Assembly: GCA_963674705.1 (NCBI GenBank)
Contig: OY771506.1
Span: forward strand, 2,528,001-2,592,000
Length of the DNA: 64,000 nucleotides
Source of the DNA: Phycisphaeraceae bacterium
GTDB taxonomy: Bacteria; Planctomycetota; Phycisphaerae; Phycisphaerales; Phycisphaeraceae
Reading direction: 5' to 3'
The notes beneath the pieces were generated by a model that made no database searches, was not told the origin of the DNA, and saw nothing but the letters and a program-made list of their open reading frames with translations. This document shows, piece by piece, positions 10,801 to 18,790 of the stretch. The translations under genes were made by a program, and so were the position numbers. Within the stretch, counting starts at the first letter, position 1. Every line of letters begins with the position of its first letter.

Positions 10801-11155
10801 CCTGTTGGTGCACCAGGCGCTGAACTTCATGCGAGGCGTGGGCGAGGGCGAAGATGATCAGGTCGAAGCGATGTCGCCGCGTGAAGCGATCAGCGAATCG
10901 GTCCGTACGCGTATCCGGCCGATCTTCATGACCACATTGACGAGCGTGTTCGGCATGGCGCCGCTGGTGCTGATGCCCGGTTCAGGCAGTGAACTTTATC
11001 GCGGACTGGGCAGCGTGGTGATCGGCGGGCTGATCGTGTCTACGGTATTCACACTGGTGGTCGTACCGTTGCTGTTCAGCCTGGTGATGGACATGCGAAT
11101 CGCGTTCTTCAAGATGCGGGGCAAGGTGGCACCGGAGCTGCGCGAGGCGGAGTAA
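7826..11155 (+). CDS. RND efflux transporter permease (AcrB/AcrD/AcrF family)
   Basis: 1109 aa; LNVISLAGLAFSVGMVLDAAIVVLENI and RIRPIFMTTLTSVFGMAPL motifs. Confidence 0.95.
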   Translation: MDIIRFAISNPVKVSVSVLLLILFGLLSLLSIPIQLTPNVDQPLLTIDTSWVGRSPDEVESEIIQEQEDKLKSVSNLRKMTATASTGNASIELEFYVGTDMNRARQEVSDKLREVPEYPDDVDEPVIASGDTGPDRAIAWLILTSSDPNFNVQGIGEMVEDRVKPYLETIEGVTQVNVYGGLNREVHIQIDPRELAQRGITFNTLRNAIQGENVNVSAGDLEEGRLDVRVRTVGQYDNTQDVLETVVMDTDAGPVRVKDLGDVEETLEKRRSFVRSKGSDALAIPVFRESGANVMTVMAELHTRLDVVNEQILPTIAPNLTIEQVYDETSYIEQAIHLVQNNLWLGGSLAGLVLLFFLRTIRPTIIVALAIPISIIGTFVVMTAAGRNLNVISLAGLAFSVGMVLDAAIVVLENIDRHLSMGKPVRHAAYDAAKEVWGAILASTLTTVAVFVPVIFLEEEAGQLFRDIAIAICAAVLLSLVVSVTVIPTAAARFLKPHDLEADKKSFKSRAKNLFGLGSIFGLIPRAYSGLIHAITVPNVFGVSARLGIVLLMTGVSLLGAWLLMPPTSYLPNGNKNLVFGMLLKPPGYNIHHVSEMGDQMETKLKPYWEAKSYDDLKDLPPAIHPFTQQPIAHVPPVANFFFVSFRGMAFYGAMSGDDQNVAPVAGLLMSAASGMPATFGVAAQQGLFGRDLLGGNTIDVEVTGQDMDSIREDAGVLYGTFMGMYGQNSVNPEPMNFNLPSREAQVKVDYVKASALGIQAGSLGAAVRGLVDGLTIGDYRMGSENVDLLLVRHPDLPLETETLSMIPVAYQDKDGNTGVVPLSHVAEVIQTTSPQEIRRIDYQRAVTLNVAAPVGMPLEQLTTDVQTTIDQLRDGGQLSDKTEILISGTADKLTQVRHALLGEWHGFSLASAESLISSRMFLALLVTFLLMAALFESYLYPFVIMFSVPLATVGGFLGLAVMRFFDQNQQLDTLTMLGFVILIGIVVNNAILLVHQALNFMRGVGEGEDDQVEAMSPREAISESVRTRIRPIFMTTLTSVFGMAPLVLMPGSGSELYRGLGSVVIGGLIVSTVFTLVVVPLLFSLVMDMRIAFFKMRGKVAPELREAE

Positions 11156-11191
11156 TGATCGCAGTTTCGGGAAGCCTGTTTTCGGGCCAGG

Positions 11192-11403
11192 ATTTAGCCA
11201 CGGATGAACACGGATGGTTGAGAATGACGAATGCACGAATGACGAATGTCGAAAGAATGTTCAAATGACGGATGTTCAATAATTCACACCGGTACATTCG
11301 TCATTTGGGCTTCGACATTCTTTCGACATTCGTGCATTCTTAATTCGTGCATTTGCAGTCATCCTGACCTTACCCTTGCCCTCTGGCGCGGGGAGAGGGG
11401 ATG
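11192..11403 (+). repeat. ~200-bp composite palindromic repeat element, copy A
   Basis: GCCACGGATG head, (GAATGAC/GAATGCAC)n arm, complementary (CATTCGT)n arm, terminal CCTTACCCTTGCCCTCT...GGGAGAGGGG; homologous to 12203-12400. Confidence 0.8.
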
Positions 11404-11701
11404 GCGTGAATGACTGATTCGCCTATCTGGGTAAGTTGCGGGGATGCGAAGTATTTTTGAGATTGACTTTCACCTGTAAAAACAGGTTAAGCCTACTTAC
11501 ATTACATGCGGCCTGTGACGAATGAAACACAGGGGGATTATCGAACCTGTTTTTGCCACTGTTAGAGGCCTATGTTTTTGAATCTGACTTAGGGATTACG
11601 CCGATACTTTGGTTGGCCCGGAGTGATGGGATGTATTGAACTGTCCATCGGGCGTGCGTGCGGCGAGGTGGTAAGCGTAGAACTTTTTACCGAGATTGAA
11701 T

Positions 11702-12136
11702 ATGACGACAGAAAACGCATCCATGTCCTCGGCCGTCGTCCTCGAGTCTGAGAAGAAGGTGTTCTCGCTGGAGCACGCGAACCGTGCGTTGCCGTATATC
11801 TCTCGCATTGTTGATGATATCACGAGCGTGTATGCACGGATCATCGAGTTGCGTCGCAGCGCGGATAGGCCCGGCGGGGCGGATATCGAGACCGAGCGAG
11901 CGTATGAAAAGACGATGGACCGGCTCGGTGAGTTGGTGGATGAATTGCACGCGGTGGGCGTGGAATTGAAGGATTTTGAGCTGGGATTGGTAGATTTTCC
12001 CGCGATCCACCAGGGCCGGGATGTGCTCTTGTGCTGGAAACGCGGCGAGAAGACGATCGCCCACTGGCACGAAGTCGATGCGGGGTTATCCGGACGTCAG
12101 TCCGTGAACCTCTTGCGGGAGCCTCGCGCCGCATAA
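11702..12136 (+). CDS. DUF2203 family protein
   Basis: FSLEHANRALP and GLVDFPA...LLCWKRGE...HWHEVDAGLSGR motifs. Confidence 0.85.
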   Translation: MTTENASMSSAVVLESEKKVFSLEHANRALPYISRIVDDITSVYARIIELRRSADRPGGADIETERAYEKTMDRLGELVDELHAVGVELKDFELGLVDFPAIHQGRDVLLCWKRGEKTIAHWHEVDAGLSGRQSVNLLREPRAA

Positions 12137-12165
12137 AGCGAATACTGTTTGGAGCTTAGCGGTTG

Positions 12166-12191
12166 GGGATGCCTTTGGGCATCCCTTTTTT
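12166..12191 (+). terminator. Intrinsic terminator after the DUF2203 gene
   Basis: GGGATGCC-TTTG-GGCATCCC followed by TTTTTT. Confidence 0.85.
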
Positions 12192-12202
12192 ATTTGCGCG
12201 AT

Positions 12203-12400
12203 ATTTGCCACAGATGAGGGTAGAAGTACGAATGCACGAATGACGAATGTTGAAAGAATGACAAAGCATAAATGACGAATAGTTTGGTGTGAACCATTGG
12301 GCATTCGTCATTTGTACATTCATTCGTCATTCGTGAATTCGTCATTCGTGCATTTACAGACATCCGGCCCTCACCCCGGCCCTCTCCCGGGGGGAGAGGG
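12203..12400 (+). repeat. ~200-bp composite palindromic repeat element, copy B
   Basis: Shares ACGAATGCACGAATGACGAATGTyGAAAGAATG and ATTCGTGCATTT..CATCC..CCCTCT..GGGGAGAGGG with copy A. Confidence 0.8.
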
Positions 12401-13144
12401 AGTTTCGTTAATGTGTTTTGCATTTCGGTTAACCCATGCGAGGGTGAGGATGGTTCCGATAATTTTGGAACCGGCTTTGGCGCTGCCGATGAGTGAGCCG
12501 GAGATCTTGCTTTTGCCTGAACGTCGTTTGCGATAAGGGACATCTATCTCAACGACGTTCATGTTCAGTCGGGCGGTTTTGAATTGCATTTCCACGGTCC
12601 ATCCCCAGGTGCGGTCCTGCATGTTGAGTTGTTGAAGCGATTGATAGTTGATGATGCGCATCGGGCCGAGATCGCGAAAGCGTTTTTTCGTGGTGAGGGT
12701 GATGAGTTTGCAGGCTAACCAGTTGCCGAAGCGTTGGTGTGGATCGAGTGCGCCGGGGTCGGCCAGTCGGGCGCGGGTTCCGATAACCAGGTCGGCGCGG
12801 TGTTCGAGGACGGGCTGGCAGAGCTTTGGCAGTTGTGATGGATCATCGGAAAGGTCGGCGTCGAGGAAGGCGACGGCTGCAGGGGCGTTTGCCGAGCCTT
12901 GGTCGGCGATCCATTTGAGTGCGGCGAGGCAGGCGGCGCCGTAGCCGGGTTGGGATTCGTGGACGATGATTGCGCCGCGGTCACGGGCGAGGTCGGCGGT
13001 TTGGTCGGATGAGCCGTTGTCGGCGAGGATGATGTGGCGGAAGAAGTTGACGGGGATCGCGTCGAACAGGGCGGGGATGTTGGATTGCTCGTTCCGAGCG
13101 GGGATGATGAGGTCGATGCTGGGAGGTGGCGATCCGCTGGGCAT
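12371..13144 (-). CDS. Glycosyltransferase family 2 (DPM1-like)
   Basis: IIPARNE, ADNGSSDQT, GYGAAC, FLDADLSD, DLGPMR, GWTVEMQ. Start at 13144 or 13183. Confidence 0.9.
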   Translation of the reverse strand: MPSGSPPPSIDLIIPARNEQSNIPALFDAIPVNFFRHIILADNGSSDQTADLARDRGAIIVHESQPGYGAACLAALKWIADQGSANAPAAVAFLDADLSDDPSQLPKLCQPVLEHRADLVIGTRARLADPGALDPHQRFGNWLACKLITLTTKKRFRDLGPMRIINYQSLQQLNMQDRTWGWTVEMQFKTARLNMNVVEIDVPYRKRRSGKSKISGSLIGSAKAGSKIIGTILTLAWVNRNAKHINETPSPPGRGPG

Positions 13145-13212
13145 GTCGGGTGTTTGGGGGCTGTGGGGCTGGGTCGGCCGCAAGTTAGTTTGCGGTTGCT
13201 ACCATATCTACC

Positions 13213-14133
13213 ATGCACATACAGGACATATTCCAGGCAAGTACGCCGACATTTTCGTTCGAGTTTTTCCCGCCGAAGTCCCAGGAGGCTTCGCAGAAGC
13301 TATATAACAGCATCCGCGAGCTGGAGGCGCTGAAGCCATCATTCGTGTCGGTGACGTACGGGGCGGGTGGCTCGACGCGTGACCTGACGCGCGAGCTGGT
13401 CATCCGAGCCCGGCAGGAACTGAATGTGACGACGGTGCCGCACCTGACTTGCGTGAGCCATAACCAGGCGGATATCCGCGGGATATTGGAGCAATATGCG
13501 TATCACGGGATCAGCAATATCCTGGCGCTGGGGGGTGATCCGCCGGCGGGCAAGAACGGGTACAACAAGGCGGACGATGCGTTCCAGCATGCGGCGGACC
13601 TGGTGCGGTTTATTAAGGCGTTTAATGAGGAGGGGTTGCACCCGGACAAGCGGGGTTTTGGCATCGGTGTGGCGGGCTTCCCGGAGGGGCACCCCGCGAC
13701 GCCGAACCGGCTGCTCGAGATGGAGTATCTGAAGGCCAAGGTCGACGCCGGGGCGGACTACATCTGCACGCAACTGTTTTTCGATAACCACGACTTCTAC
13801 GACTTTAGAGATCGCTGCAAGCTGGCGGGGATCAGCGTGCCGATCATTGCGGGCATCATGCCGATCACCAGCGCCAAGGGTATGAAGCGTATGGCAGAAC
13901 TCGCGGCCGGTTCACGTTACCCGGCTCCACTGATGAAGTCGATCCATCGAGCGGGCGACGACCCTGAAGCGATCAAGCGCGTCGGCATCCACTGGGCAAC
14001 CGAGCAGTGCCGTGACCTGCTGGACCACGATGTAGCGGGCATCCACTTCTACACGCTCAACCAGTCAGACGCGACGCGGCAGATCTTTTTGAACCTTGGG
14101 GCGCGTGACAGTTCATCGCTGCGTGATACGTAA
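13213..14133 (+). CDS. metF: 5,10-methylenetetrahydrofolate reductase
   Basis: SFEFFPPK, FVSVTYGAGG, PHLTC, KVDAGADYICTQLFFD, GIHFYTLN. Confidence 0.97.
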   Translation: MHIQDIFQASTPTFSFEFFPPKSQEASQKLYNSIRELEALKPSFVSVTYGAGGSTRDLTRELVIRARQELNVTTVPHLTCVSHNQADIRGILEQYAYHGISNILALGGDPPAGKNGYNKADDAFQHAADLVRFIKAFNEEGLHPDKRGFGIGVAGFPEGHPATPNRLLEMEYLKAKVDAGADYICTQLFFDNHDFYDFRDRCKLAGISVPIIAGIMPITSAKGMKRMAELAAGSRYPAPLMKSIHRAGDDPEAIKRVGIHWATEQCRDLLDHDVAGIHFYTLNQSDATRQIFLNLGARDSSSLRDT

Positions 14134-14219
14134 GCGTTATACAGCAATAAAAATAAACTATTTACGGTCTTGGGACCGTGCGGTATTATGCCCACATGAG
14201 GCGGCAAATATACGACGTG

Positions 14220-15800
14220 ATGAAGTGGGCACATGTGCAATCCGCATTGATCGCAGCGCTGTTCTTGCTGGTTGGTGTGTCAGCGGTGCAGGCGGAAGAG
14301 TCCATAGTGCACATGCCGGGCACACAACCTTCGGAGAACGGGATCGAGATCGCGAAGGTTGCACAGTGCATGATGTGTCACAGCCAGACGCCTAACGGTG
14401 AGTCTGATCCATATCAGTCCTGGCAGGGCGGGATGATGGCGCAGGCGGCGCGCGACCCGGTCTTCCATGCGGCAATGACGATTGCGAACCAGGATGTGAA
14501 AGGTGTCGGCGAGTATTGCCTGCGCTGTCACAGTACGCGCGGTTGGCTCGAAGGACGATCGGTCCCGGCGGACGGTTCTGCGCTGAATGTCGAAGACAAG
14601 CAGGGCGTCAGTTGTGATGTGTGCCACCGCCTGGTTGATCCGTTGTCTGACGAAGCGAAGCTGTTCGCCAAAGAGATCCCGCCGGGGTACGGCAACGCGA
14701 TGGTCGTGGCGGACCCGGGCAATATCGTGCGTGGGCCATATGGCGACAGCAAGGGCGCGATGCCGCATAAGCCGATCAAGTCTGAGTTCCATGCGTCAAG
14801 CGAACTGTGTGCGAACTGTCACAACGTATCGAATCCGTTGCAGGCCGAGGATGTCAACACGCAGCCGCCCTATGCCTATGGCGTGATCGAGCGGACGTAC
14901 AGCGAATGGCGACTCAGCGATTTTGCCAAGCGCGGCGCGGAGGGCACCTGCCAGTCGTGTCATTATCCTCAAGCGGAAGGCGGCGGGCAGGCGTCACGGT
15001 TTACGCCCACCCATCGGGATTACTTCCCGCAGCACGGCCCGGTCGGTGGTTCGACATGGGTGCAGGACGCGGTCGTCGAATTGGCGGGGCGACGTGAAGT
15101 GGATGCGAACGCGCTTGCGATCGGCAAACGGCGTACTGTCGAGTTCTTGAAGACCGCGGCGAAGCTCGACCTGACAATCAACGCGCCCGACAAGGCGACG
15201 CTGCGCATCACGAATCTGACCGGGCACAAACTGCCTACCGGCTATCCGGAAGGTAGACGTATGTGGATCCACGCGACTTTCATCGATGCCGATGGCAAGG
15301 TCTTGAAGGAAGTCGGGCGGTATGGTGATAAACAGGACACGCTCAAAGGCGAAGCCGTCACGGTCCCGACACTGCTTGATGAGCAGGCCACGCGCGTGTA
15401 CGAATGCCTGCCCGCGATCAGCGCTGAACAAGCGAAGAAGTTCGGGAAAGCGCCCGGCAAGTCGTTCCACTTCGTGCTCAACGATACGATCGCGAAAGAT
15501 AACCGTATCCCGCCGGAGGGTTTCAGTAATGAAGCTTTCGCCGAACACCTATGCCAGCCCGTCGACGCGACCTACGCGGACGGCCAGTACTGGGACGATG
15601 TCGAATTCGCACTCCCCGCAGGCACAGCCAGCGTGAAGGCACAACTGATGTATCAATCGGTGTCATGGGAATACCTCAAATTCCTCGTCGAAACCAACAC
15701 GACAGATGACACGGGCCAGCGGCTGTACGATGTGTGGACCAAGACGGGCTACTGTGAACCGACGGTGATGGCTGAGGTTGTGGCTAAGGTGGGCGGTTGA
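14220..15800 (+). CDS. Periplasmic pentaheme c-type cytochrome
   Basis: Signal peptide; five CxxCH motifs (CMMCH, CLRCH, CDVCH, CANCH, CQSCH); GHKLPTG motif in the heme-free C-terminal half. Confidence 0.88.
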   Translation: MKWAHVQSALIAALFLLVGVSAVQAEESIVHMPGTQPSENGIEIAKVAQCMMCHSQTPNGESDPYQSWQGGMMAQAARDPVFHAAMTIANQDVKGVGEYCLRCHSTRGWLEGRSVPADGSALNVEDKQGVSCDVCHRLVDPLSDEAKLFAKEIPPGYGNAMVVADPGNIVRGPYGDSKGAMPHKPIKSEFHASSELCANCHNVSNPLQAEDVNTQPPYAYGVIERTYSEWRLSDFAKRGAEGTCQSCHYPQAEGGGQASRFTPTHRDYFPQHGPVGGSTWVQDAVVELAGRREVDANALAIGKRRTVEFLKTAAKLDLTINAPDKATLRITNLTGHKLPTGYPEGRRMWIHATFIDADGKVLKEVGRYGDKQDTLKGEAVTVPTLLDEQATRVYECLPAISAEQAKKFGKAPGKSFHFVLNDTIAKDNRIPPEGFSNEAFAEHLCQPVDATYADGQYWDDVEFALPAGTASVKAQLMYQSVSWEYLKFLVETNTTDDTGQRLYDVWTKTGYCEPTVMAEVVAKVGG

Positions 15801-16044
15801 AACAACATGCTAGCACATCCTGAAGTGATGGATCAATGGATTGTTCGCTATCAATAACTTTCGGCTCTATCTAACGTGCCGATACGCATTTTCCATACTG
15901 ATCCAATCAGACGCGGTCCGTAGATTTGTATTTTTATCTTTGGGGTCAGAAATAGCGCTTCAATACAGGATATGGAAGTGTTATACTGATTTTATTCCGG
16001 TGGCACGAAAACTGATGCAGGAATGCCATGATCGCGGGTGTGTT

Positions 16045-16425
16045 ATGTCATGCGACGATCTATCATTGAATCCCGGCGACGGGTTGTTCAAGACTGTTGT
16101 GGCGGTGAGTTTGGTTATCACGGCGCTGCTGGCGTGCACATCAGGGATCTTGTGCCAGGTTGTTCCTCACATAATCGAGCCCTTTAATATCGAGTATGCG
16201 AGGCCGGATGACATGATCGCGCATGCAGGCCTGGCTACTATCGCGGCAATTTTCCTGGCGGTGTTTATCTTAAACTGCCTGCTTATGTTCGTGCCGAACC
16301 GGCGGCTTGCGGCCGTCGGGAGCCTGCTTGTCTTTTTGCCGGCGGCGTGGTTTCTTGGTTCGGTCACGCTGATGCTGCTGGGAGTCTTCGTTCGCCTCGC
16401 AGCGCCTTGGGGCCCGGTCATGTAA
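16045..16425 (+). CDS. Hypothetical membrane protein
   Basis: About three hydrophobic segments; start uncertain. Confidence 0.45.
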   Translation: MSCDDLSLNPGDGLFKTVVAVSLVITALLACTSGILCQVVPHIIEPFNIEYARPDDMIAHAGLATIAAIFLAVFILNCLLMFVPNRRLAAVGSLLVFLPAAWFLGSVTLMLLGVFVRLAAPWGPVM

Positions 16426-16574
16426 TGTGTGTGGTCGTGAACATGCGGATACACTTCTTTGGTTAAGGTGTTATGCTTAAGGCCTGAATATTTCATGTCC
16501 GATCGGCTATCCTTAGTCGGACTTGCTGACTATTATGAGTTCTCAACTTGCTGGGCTTTCATTGGAGACTCAAG

Positions 16575-17555
16575 ATGACCTACCGCATACTTGGCCGGAC
16601 GGGCGTTAAGGTTTCGCCGATCTGTTTGGGGACGATGAACTTCGGGGGGCGAACGGATGCGGACGAAGCAGGGAAGATTCTGGATGCGTACGTCGGGGGC
16701 GGCTGCAACTTTATTGATACCGCGAACGTGTACAACGAAGGCGCGAGCGAGTCGATCATCGGGGATTGGCTAGCAAGATGCGGCAAGCGCGATGAGGTCG
16801 TGCTGTCGACGAAAGTTCACGGGCGACGGTCGGATCATATCAATGATGCCGGCAACCACCGCTGGCACATCGTGCGCGAAGTCGAGCAGTCGCTCAAGCG
16901 GTTGAAAACGGATCGGATCGATCTGTACCACATTCATCGGCCCGACCCGGACACGCCGATCGATCAGACCCTGCGGGCGCTGGATGATCTTGTAAAGCAA
17001 GGCAAGATCCTTTATGCAGCAAGCAGCACGTTCCCCGCGTGGGAATTGGCTGAGGCGCACTTTATCGCGAAGGAACTGAACACGGTCCGCTTCGATGTGG
17101 AACAGCCGCCATTTAATATTATTGATCGTCGGATCGAGAAAGAAGTGTTGCCTTTCTGTATCCGGTACAACGTCGCAACGATTGTGTGGGCGCCGCTTGC
17201 GCGTGGCAGACTTGCGGGGACATACACGCGAGGCGGGCGCAAGTTCCCCAAAGGTTCGTGGTATGAATCGACAGGCAAGTCAGACTTCCCGCCGGCGCAG
17301 TGGCCTTTGATGGAAGCGGTCGACCAGTTGGCGGACGAACACGACATCACCAGCAGCCAGTTCTCGATTGCATGGTGTTTGAAGATCCCGGGCGTGACGT
17401 GCGCGATCATCGGCCCGAGGACGGTGCAGCAGGTGCAGGACAATATGGCCGCGGCGGATGTGAGTTTGAGTAGGGCAGTGATGGAGCAGGTGGACAAGCT
17501 GAACCCGCCCGGCGAGTTGTGCCGCGATCCGGGCTTGGGCGCGGTGCCACGGTAA
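16575..17555 (+). CDS. Aldo/keto reductase
   Basis: LGRTGVKVSPICLGTMNFG, FIDTANVY, SLKRLKTDRIDLYHIH, WAPLARG; RBS GGAG. Confidence 0.95.
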   Translation: MTYRILGRTGVKVSPICLGTMNFGGRTDADEAGKILDAYVGGGCNFIDTANVYNEGASESIIGDWLARCGKRDEVVLSTKVHGRRSDHINDAGNHRWHIVREVEQSLKRLKTDRIDLYHIHRPDPDTPIDQTLRALDDLVKQGKILYAASSTFPAWELAEAHFIAKELNTVRFDVEQPPFNIIDRRIEKEVLPFCIRYNVATIVWAPLARGRLAGTYTRGGRKFPKGSWYESTGKSDFPPAQWPLMEAVDQLADEHDITSSQFSIAWCLKIPGVTCAIIGPRTVQQVQDNMAAADVSLSRAVMEQVDKLNPPGELCRDPGLGAVPR

Positions 17556-17620
17556 GCGAGGAAAGCTGGAAAGCCGAAAACCAGAAAAGCAAAAAACGCA
17601 GGGAATAAAATCCCCGAACC
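17556..17620 (+). repeat. Purine-rich GGAAAGCA-like tandem repeat tract
   Basis: gaggaaagctggaaagccgaaaaccagaaaagcaaaaaacgcagggaataaaatccccga resembles 20640-20691. Confidence 0.5.
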
Positions 17621-17699
17621 CTGCCTCATATTCATACATTTACACATTATTGATGGAACCTGATACGACCGGATCAATAACCCGCTACTATGTTTGGTA

Positions 17700-18422
17700 A
17701 TGTCCACATGGTCCACAATCAAATTCTGGGTGCCTTTCCGCCGCTGGCATCGTACGGAAGAGGACATGTTGCGGCAGCAGCGGTGGGTACATCGACGTGT
17801 CGATCATCGTGAAGAATCGATCAATGCAGTGACCCACGCATTGGGCCTGGTGCTCAGTGTGGCGGCGGCGGTCCTGTTAATCGTTGTCTCGGCAAGGTTT
17901 GGAGGGGCATGGGAGGTGAGTGCCTGTGCGATTTACGCGGCGACACTGATCGCGGTGTATACCGCTTCGACGCTTTCGCATGTCATGCGTCGGCCACGCA
18001 CGCGCCATACCTTACGAATCATCGATCAGGCGGTCATATTCCTGTTTATCGCCGGCTCATACACGCCGGTTGCGTTAACGCATCTGCGCGAAGGGCCCTG
18101 GTGGATCCTGCACATCCTGCTCTGGGCGGTTGCGTTGTACGGCTTCTTTGCCAAAGCGGCGTTTGTTCATAATGTGCGTTCGGGGGATGTGACGACCAAA
18201 CTCTACCTGGCGCTGGGGTTACTGCCCGTGATCGCTTTTGTGACGTTGCCTTTGAATATGATGTTCTGGTTGTTCGCGGGAGGAGGGTGTTATTTGCTTG
18301 GGATTGTCTTTTTCCATTACGACAAGCGTATCCGTTACTTCCACGCGATCTGGCACCTGATGGTGATTGCCGGCAGCACTTTTCACTTCATGGGTGTACT
18401 TTTGTACTGTTCCGGAGCTTGA
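17700..18422 (+). CDS. Hemolysin III (PAQR) family membrane protein
   Basis: EESINAVTH, ASTLSH, DQAVIFLFIAGSYTP, HAIWHLMV motifs. Alternative start 17766. Confidence 0.92.
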   Translation: MSTWSTIKFWVPFRRWHRTEEDMLRQQRWVHRRVDHREESINAVTHALGLVLSVAAAVLLIVVSARFGGAWEVSACAIYAATLIAVYTASTLSHVMRRPRTRHTLRIIDQAVIFLFIAGSYTPVALTHLREGPWWILHILLWAVALYGFFAKAAFVHNVRSGDVTTKLYLALGLLPVIAFVTLPLNMMFWLFAGGGCYLLGIVFFHYDKRIRYFHAIWHLMVIAGSTFHFMGVLLYCSGA

Positions 18423-18790
18423 TTCGGATATCTTGCCAAGTCTGATATGAATCGGCTTTATGTCTTGTGATTTAGTCATAACCCTAACCGGGCTTAATAT
18501 CGAACACATGAATGCTGTTCGTTCATGCCTGACGAGTTAGCAGACACGCGGCACGCAGGCAAGGTTGAAGTATGCCGAGGTCGAACACATCGTCGGGATC
18601 AACCGAATAATCCGTGTTTAATCCGCGTCTGTGTGATGTTCAACAAGCTGGATTGTGGCACATTATGAAATAAAAAGTATATACCGCTGTTCCGGGTGGA
18701 GGATCGCCACTACAATACGTGCGAGCATCTACAGGCGTTCGGGGTGGTGAGATCTCTAATCACCACCGGTTTAACAGGTAATCAGACAAT

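Noticed and set aside
9020..10810. RND proton-relay residues differ from AcrB (LDAAIV, VNNAIL)
   Set aside because: Single-Asp TM4 and VNNAI TM10 variants are common in this RND subgroup, so this is not evidence of a pseudogene.
11220..11355. Repeated GAATGAC units as a possible CRISPR array
   Set aside because: Units are 7-8 nt, tandem and inverted, with no unique spacers and no cas genes in the window.
12086..12543. Short ORFs (12086-12304, 12190-12543, 12297-12536)
   Set aside because: They are translations of the repeat element and overlap the GT2 3' end.
18423..18790. Possible cobalamin riboswitch or ncRNA upstream of the second radical SAM
   Set aside because: No B12-box or other conserved riboswitch core recognised; only a short GGTGGTGA/TCACCACC hairpin. 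An Rfam scan would be decisive.
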